From the NCBI RefSeq assembly GCF_009834535.1, contig NC_045714.1, forward strand, positions 33,914,001-33,978,000: a DNA stretch of 64,000 bases. The letters are read 5' to 3'. Below the pieces are notes generated by a model. That model was not told where the DNA came from and did no database searches. It was given only the letters and a program-made list of their open reading frames with translations. The stretch comes from Camelus ferus (lineage: Eukaryota). Positions 59,201-64,000 of the stretch are shown in pieces. Numbering within the stretch: position 1 is the stretch's first letter; the number at the start of each line of letters is the position of its first letter. The translations under genes and the position numbers were made by a program.

Positions 59201-60102
59201 AGAGGCGACCCTGCTCTTCTGAGAGACAGAATTCTATCATGGAAATCGTCTGGTGGCCCTCGAGTGGCACAAGGTCGCACAGCAAGCTGGCACTAGAATA
59301 TTTCGAGCTAGCAGTAATGAAAGCAAACGGCAATTTGGCGTGTCTTCAGGCTTGAAAGCCGCAGCACGGCGTTCGGTCATTGAGGCCGTTATTACCCGCT
59401 GCTAATGGGGGCTGCTGCTCCCAGGCCAGTGAGGGAGAGAGGGCTCAGAGAGGTTAAGTGACTTGCCCAGCGTCACACGGCCGGTAATGGGAGGGCAAAG
59501 TCCAAGGCTCGGTTTGGCCTCTCCCCCTCCCCCAAGGCCAGGCTGCTCCCCGAATGGATCTGTTCTGAGCAGTTCCTAAGCACTGGTTTCCATAGCAGCA
59601 GGGCCATCCCTGCACAATAGCTCCCCCCTTCTTCTCTGGGCTTTGCTGCCATGGGGGCTGCAGGGGAGGGAGATGCTCTGCTTGGGGGGACAGCCAGGGT
59701 GCCAGGCAGGGAGGAGCTGACAGGCCACTTGGATGGTAGGGGGTGAGGGGGGGTGTCCAGCACTTACAGAAAAACCACTATTTCAATTCTTCTATTTTGG
59801 CACTGGAGTTGGGTTCACTTCTAGGTAGAGGGTAGGGAGAGAGGAGAGAGAGAGATAAGAAGACACCAAAAACAGAGAATGGGAAAGACAGAGACAAAAG
59901 AAATCATGCAAAAGCCAAGACAGGGAAAAAAAATGAAGAAGCATGCACCGTTTTCCAGACAAATCATTTCATCTCATCTTTACAATCCTGGGAGGTGGGT
60001 TCTGTTTACTCCCATTTTACAGATGAAGAAACTAAGGGCAAATACAGTGCTTTTCCAAGTATTGTCCAAGAGCCAGCCTATCTCATCTGGAAGGTGACGG
60101 GA

Positions 60103-60230
60103 GAGGGTGCTGGTTAAAATGCAGGTTCCTTGCCCTACCCTGAACCTATGGAATCAGAATCTCTGGCATGGGACCAGGAATCTGCATTTAGTGAGTTCCC
60201 AGGGGAATTTTCTAGAGAGTAAAGTTTGAG
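60103..60230 (-). mobile_element. MER5B-type fragment
   Basis: GGTTAAAATGCAGGTTCCT...GAATCAGAATCTCTGG...CCAGGAATCTGCATTT...AAAGTTTGAG. Confidence 0.65.
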
Positions 60231-62329
60231 GTGTCCCCTGTCAGATGGCTGCTCTGCCCTCTGCTTAAGTTTATGCGGCACGTAATGCAGAGCCAGGATT
60301 TAGGACCCAGAAGGGAGTGAGAAAGCGAGGAAAGTGACAAAGAGAAGCTCTTCAAAGCCAGACAGATATGCCTCGGAAGAGAAGGCAGAGAGCAGGAGCA
60401 CAGTAAGGCAGGAAGAGACACGTGGGGAGGAGTCCACAGACCAGAAGGGGCCATCTGGTCGGAGGGCGAGCGCTATTGACCATGGACCTCTGTCCCTCTA
60501 GACATGGCCTTCGCTTGACCATCACAACAGCCCCGTGGGATAGGTCCCATCCCTCCCATTCTGGACGAGGAAACTGAGGCTTGGAGAATAAAGGGCAGAG
60601 CCAGGCTTCGAGCCCAGGTGTCTGGCTTTGGAAGAGGTCATGGCTCTAACCACCAGCCTAGGCTGCTCTGGAGCAGAAAGCTTCTGTGGGGCGAGGAGAA
60701 ACCAGGTGGAGAGTGAGGCTTTAGCTCATCCCACCTCCAGGCCACTCTGGCTCGGGGAGCTGCTGGCTGGTGGCCCCAGCGGGCAGACAGAGCAGGGGCT
60801 CCAGTGCTTACTACCTGTGGGACCCTGGCAAGCTCCTTAGCTTTTTTGCTCCTCAGTTTCCTCACCTGCAAACTGGAGACACTAGGAAGACCTATTTCAA
60901 AGGGCTATTGACAAGCCGCCTCTGAGATGGAACGGGAAAAGTTCACAGAGCAGCACCTAGAGCTAGTAAGTGCCCGCTCACTCTTGCTTGCTGTCAGGAA
61001 GTATCTAGATGCCCAGGGGTCATTCATGCAGGAGGTCCCAGGGAGACCTGCTCTTCTCTGAGCCCAGGGAAAGCCTACCAAACACAGAAGCATTGATGGA
61101 GCAGAAACAATGAGTCTCTTACGCCCCCACCTGTTGCTATAGGGCCCCAGCCCCCACGAGCCTCACTGGGTCTTGCTGGGAGCCCAGCCTGTGCCTCCCA
61201 AGAGCTTTCTCTGCCCGGATGCTGCCAGGCTCTAATGAACCACCGTGTCCACTGGACTCAGAGAAGTAGAGTGACTCACCCCCGGCCAAATAGCTGGGAA
61301 ACGGTACAGCTAAGACACACACACACACACCTCTAGCTGTGCTCTGGTTGCCTCCAATGAACATTTATTGAGCCCTTGCTATATATCAAGCATTGGTGAC
61401 ACTTGTGGTCATTTCCTGCATCTCTCTCACAGGCTGGGGGCGCGCCAAGGAGGAAGGGAGTCCTTACCACGTGGTAGGATGGGTGCCGAGACAGCAACTG
61501 ACATTCACCTAACACGCCAGGCATACCCAGACGATGTTGCATGCGTGGGCTCGTTCCCCCTCTCCGCAGGTGGTGAGCAGAGTTTGAGTGGTGAGGAACA
61601 GCCAGCCTTGGTCCAGCACCTGTTCCGAATTGTGGACAGCCTTGGGTTGGCTGGGAAGCGGGGCGAGGGAAGGTTAGGAAGCAAGCCTTGCGTGGCGGTG
61701 GGTCGTGTGAGTTTCATGTCTTTACTCTTGTGACAGCGCAGACCAGCTAAAGCTCTGATGTTCATGGACTCTGTGATTGCACTGCGCTGCATTTTGCACG
61801 GTTGGACCTTGGGGATTCCGCTAACATGGGGGTGAGTCTGTTATCATTACCCTCATTTTATAGATGAAGGACACTGAGGCACAGGGATTCTAAATAGGGA
61901 GGATTTGAACCAAGTGCTTGGATGCTGAGACCTGTCCCCTGATCTTGCTTCTCTGTTCTCTGGGAAGGGAGGGCTGAGGGCAGTTTAGGGCTCTGGGCTG
62001 GCTTCCCAGAGGAGGTGGGATGCAGCCTAGATCAGAAGACAAGCAGGAGTCAAGACAGAGAAGTGGGGGAGGGAAGTGGGAGCAGAGCCCCAGGCGGGGG
62101 CCTGCCAGTTTGGTTGAGGAGGGCTGGAGGGCAGAATGAGCGGAGCGTGTCTGCCCAGGCGGGCAGGGCCTGTGGGCCCCTCCTCCCTCCCGCAAAGGGG
62201 AGGAGGCTGCTACAGTCCCATCTTGTCACCTGGGTTCCGCTCTGCTGGTAAGATGAAAGGGAGGTCGAGTCCTCTTCTGCTGGGGAGGCTCCTGTGGCTC
62301 CCAGCGCAGGCGGGAAAGAAGCCCGGGTC

Positions 62330-62800
62330 CCTGCTGTGGCCGGCCACGCCCTGTCCTGCTGACTCCTGCCACTCCTCTGATCTCACCTCCAGCCAGTCAC
62401 TTCTCGCTCACACAGCTCCAGCCACACGCCTCGGAACAGGCCAGGCAGCATGTGGCCCTTCTGCTTGCAAAGCTCTTCTCTGAGCTGCATACGTGGGCCC
62501 CTCACCTTGCCAAGTTCCTTTCAGAGAAGCCTTCCCTGGCCGTCCTATTTAAAAACTGCACTGCCTCCTCGCCTCACTCCTTATTCTCCTTTTGGTTTAA
62601 TTATTGCTTTTTTAGAACACTTATCACCATCTGATATGCTACATAATTTTACTTATTTGCTTAGTGTCTGGCAGCCCTTGTGGTCACGTCAGCTGCATCA
62701 GGACTGGGGTCGTGCCTGCTTTGTTCACTGCTGTATCCCCCGGAGACTAGAACAGTGCCTGGCACCTAACGGGTTCTCAAAAAGAGCACTTGTTGAATAA
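62330..62800 (+). mobile_element. LINE-2 3' end
   Basis: GCTTTGTTCACTGCTGTATCCCCGGAGACTAGAACAGTGCCTGGCACCTAA...TTGTTGAATAAAT. Confidence 0.8.
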
Positions 62801-63184
62801 ATACAAACAGCAGCAATGGTCTCATTTTATCCTCATCATCCCTCTGCAAGACGTTTTCTCTATTTTCTGATAAGGAGACTGAGGCTCAGAGATGGCAAAG
62901 GGCTTACCCAAGGTCACACAGCAAGCAAGGGGATGTAGTGGGAGCTCAGCTCCTCCACAGGAGGGAAGAATTTACTGCCTACCTGCTGAAATGTACTAAG
63001 TAGAATCCTAAAGATCCAATCATATACATACAGCATAGGGCAATCGCAGAGTTAATGAAAGCAGAACTTTTAAATGGTTTGTACTCTCACAAGAGTAAAG
63101 ACATGAAATTCGCATCACCCACTACCGGAGAGAGCAGCCAGCGGTCAGAGTGTCACACACCTGACTTGTATTGACCATTTAATT

Positions 63185-63360
63185 TTCCTAACAACTCTCT
63201 AATGTGGTTACTATTATTATTATCTCACTTCATAGATGAGAAAACTGAGACTCCTCTAATCTAAGTAGTTCAAAGTCTCATAGCTAATAAGTAGCCAGAG
63301 GCAGGATTAGAACCCAGGCACTCTGGTCCAGAGCTCAAGCTATTAGCTACTACATTATGC
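63185..63360 (-). mobile_element. MIR
   Basis: TATCTCACTTCATAGATGAGAAAACTGAGACT...GCCAGAGGCAGGATTAGAACCCAGGC...TCCAGAGCTC. Confidence 0.75.
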
Positions 63361-64000
63361 TACTTGGACACCTGCCTTTGTCCTCAACCCAGGCGTGCAG
63401 TTTGCATGTTATCCCCTGAGTCTTGGGCTAGATCCCTGGACCCTGCCTCCAGCAAGTAGGGTACAAGGAGTTAACCTTTCCTGAGATGAGATTTCAAACT
63501 GTTAAAAGGGAAGCTTTACCCTAGAAGTGTATCAGACATCCCACACCCACCTCTACACGGAGGCAAGGGTGAGAAGTCTGCTAACACTGCAAGATCTTTT
63601 GGAATATGATTTCCTGAAGTGTCACATCACCTCTCCCACAGCCCAAACCCTCTGGGGCTGGGGCTTCCTCAGAGAGGCAGCGGGTCACCTCCCCTGCCCC
63701 GCACTGCCTAGGCACCAACTCCAGCAGGTAGTCTGGGGCCAACCAGGGACAAGAGAGAACTGACCCTGGAGGGTTCGGGGTAGGACAAGTCCAAGTCTAA
63801 AGGCCTTCGCCAGACCATATGTGTCTGGGGCGATTTGCTGTGGATCTACTGTGTACCATGTAGCATCACCCTTGGAACCTCACTTAAGCCTCACAACAAT
63901 TTTGTACGTCTGATCGTTTTGCAAAACCAATCAATTGATATGTCATGAGCCTGGCACTAAACTAGATACCGGAAACGCAACACTGAAGGGGTAGATAAGG

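Noticed and set aside
1-64000. CRISPR arrays, rRNA or prokaryotic/viral gene clusters
   Set aside because: No regularly spaced repeat-spacer arrays or dense ORF blocks; the sequence is ordinary mammalian intron and intergenic DNA.

Overview
Mammalian genomic DNA, probably camelid (four tRNA-derived Vic-1-type SINEs plus a cetartiodactyl-type L1 3' end). It carries most of the SIRPA gene (signal-regulatory protein alpha, the CD47 receptor) on the minus strand. A CpG-island promoter and non-coding first exon lie at ~39.3-40.4 kb. The signal-peptide exon is almost entirely hidden in an N gap (39106-39277); only its last 7 nt and donor are visible. Then follow IgV (19901-20254), IgC1 (13621-13941), IgC1 (12717-13043), uncharged TM (10846-10956), 25-nt (7797-7821) and 40-nt (1349-1388) exons. 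All visible splice sites are GT-AG and the visible coding pieces join in frame (1185 nt, 395 codons). I did not find the final ITIM/ITSM exon in 1-1348, so it should lie left of the window. The rest is intronic or intergenic sequence rich in MIR, L2, MER5 and old L1 fragments, and I found no second gene in 40.5-64 kb. I see no clearly novel biological system. The best leads are a ~148-bp intronic duplication with one-sided CpG decay, a start-stop uORF in the 5' UTR exon, divergent CD47-contact residues and glycan sites, and an inverted SINE pair flanking the phase-symmetric IgV exon. Comparisons with human or bovine sequences are from memory and need alignment to confirm. Repeat boundaries are approximate, read by eye.
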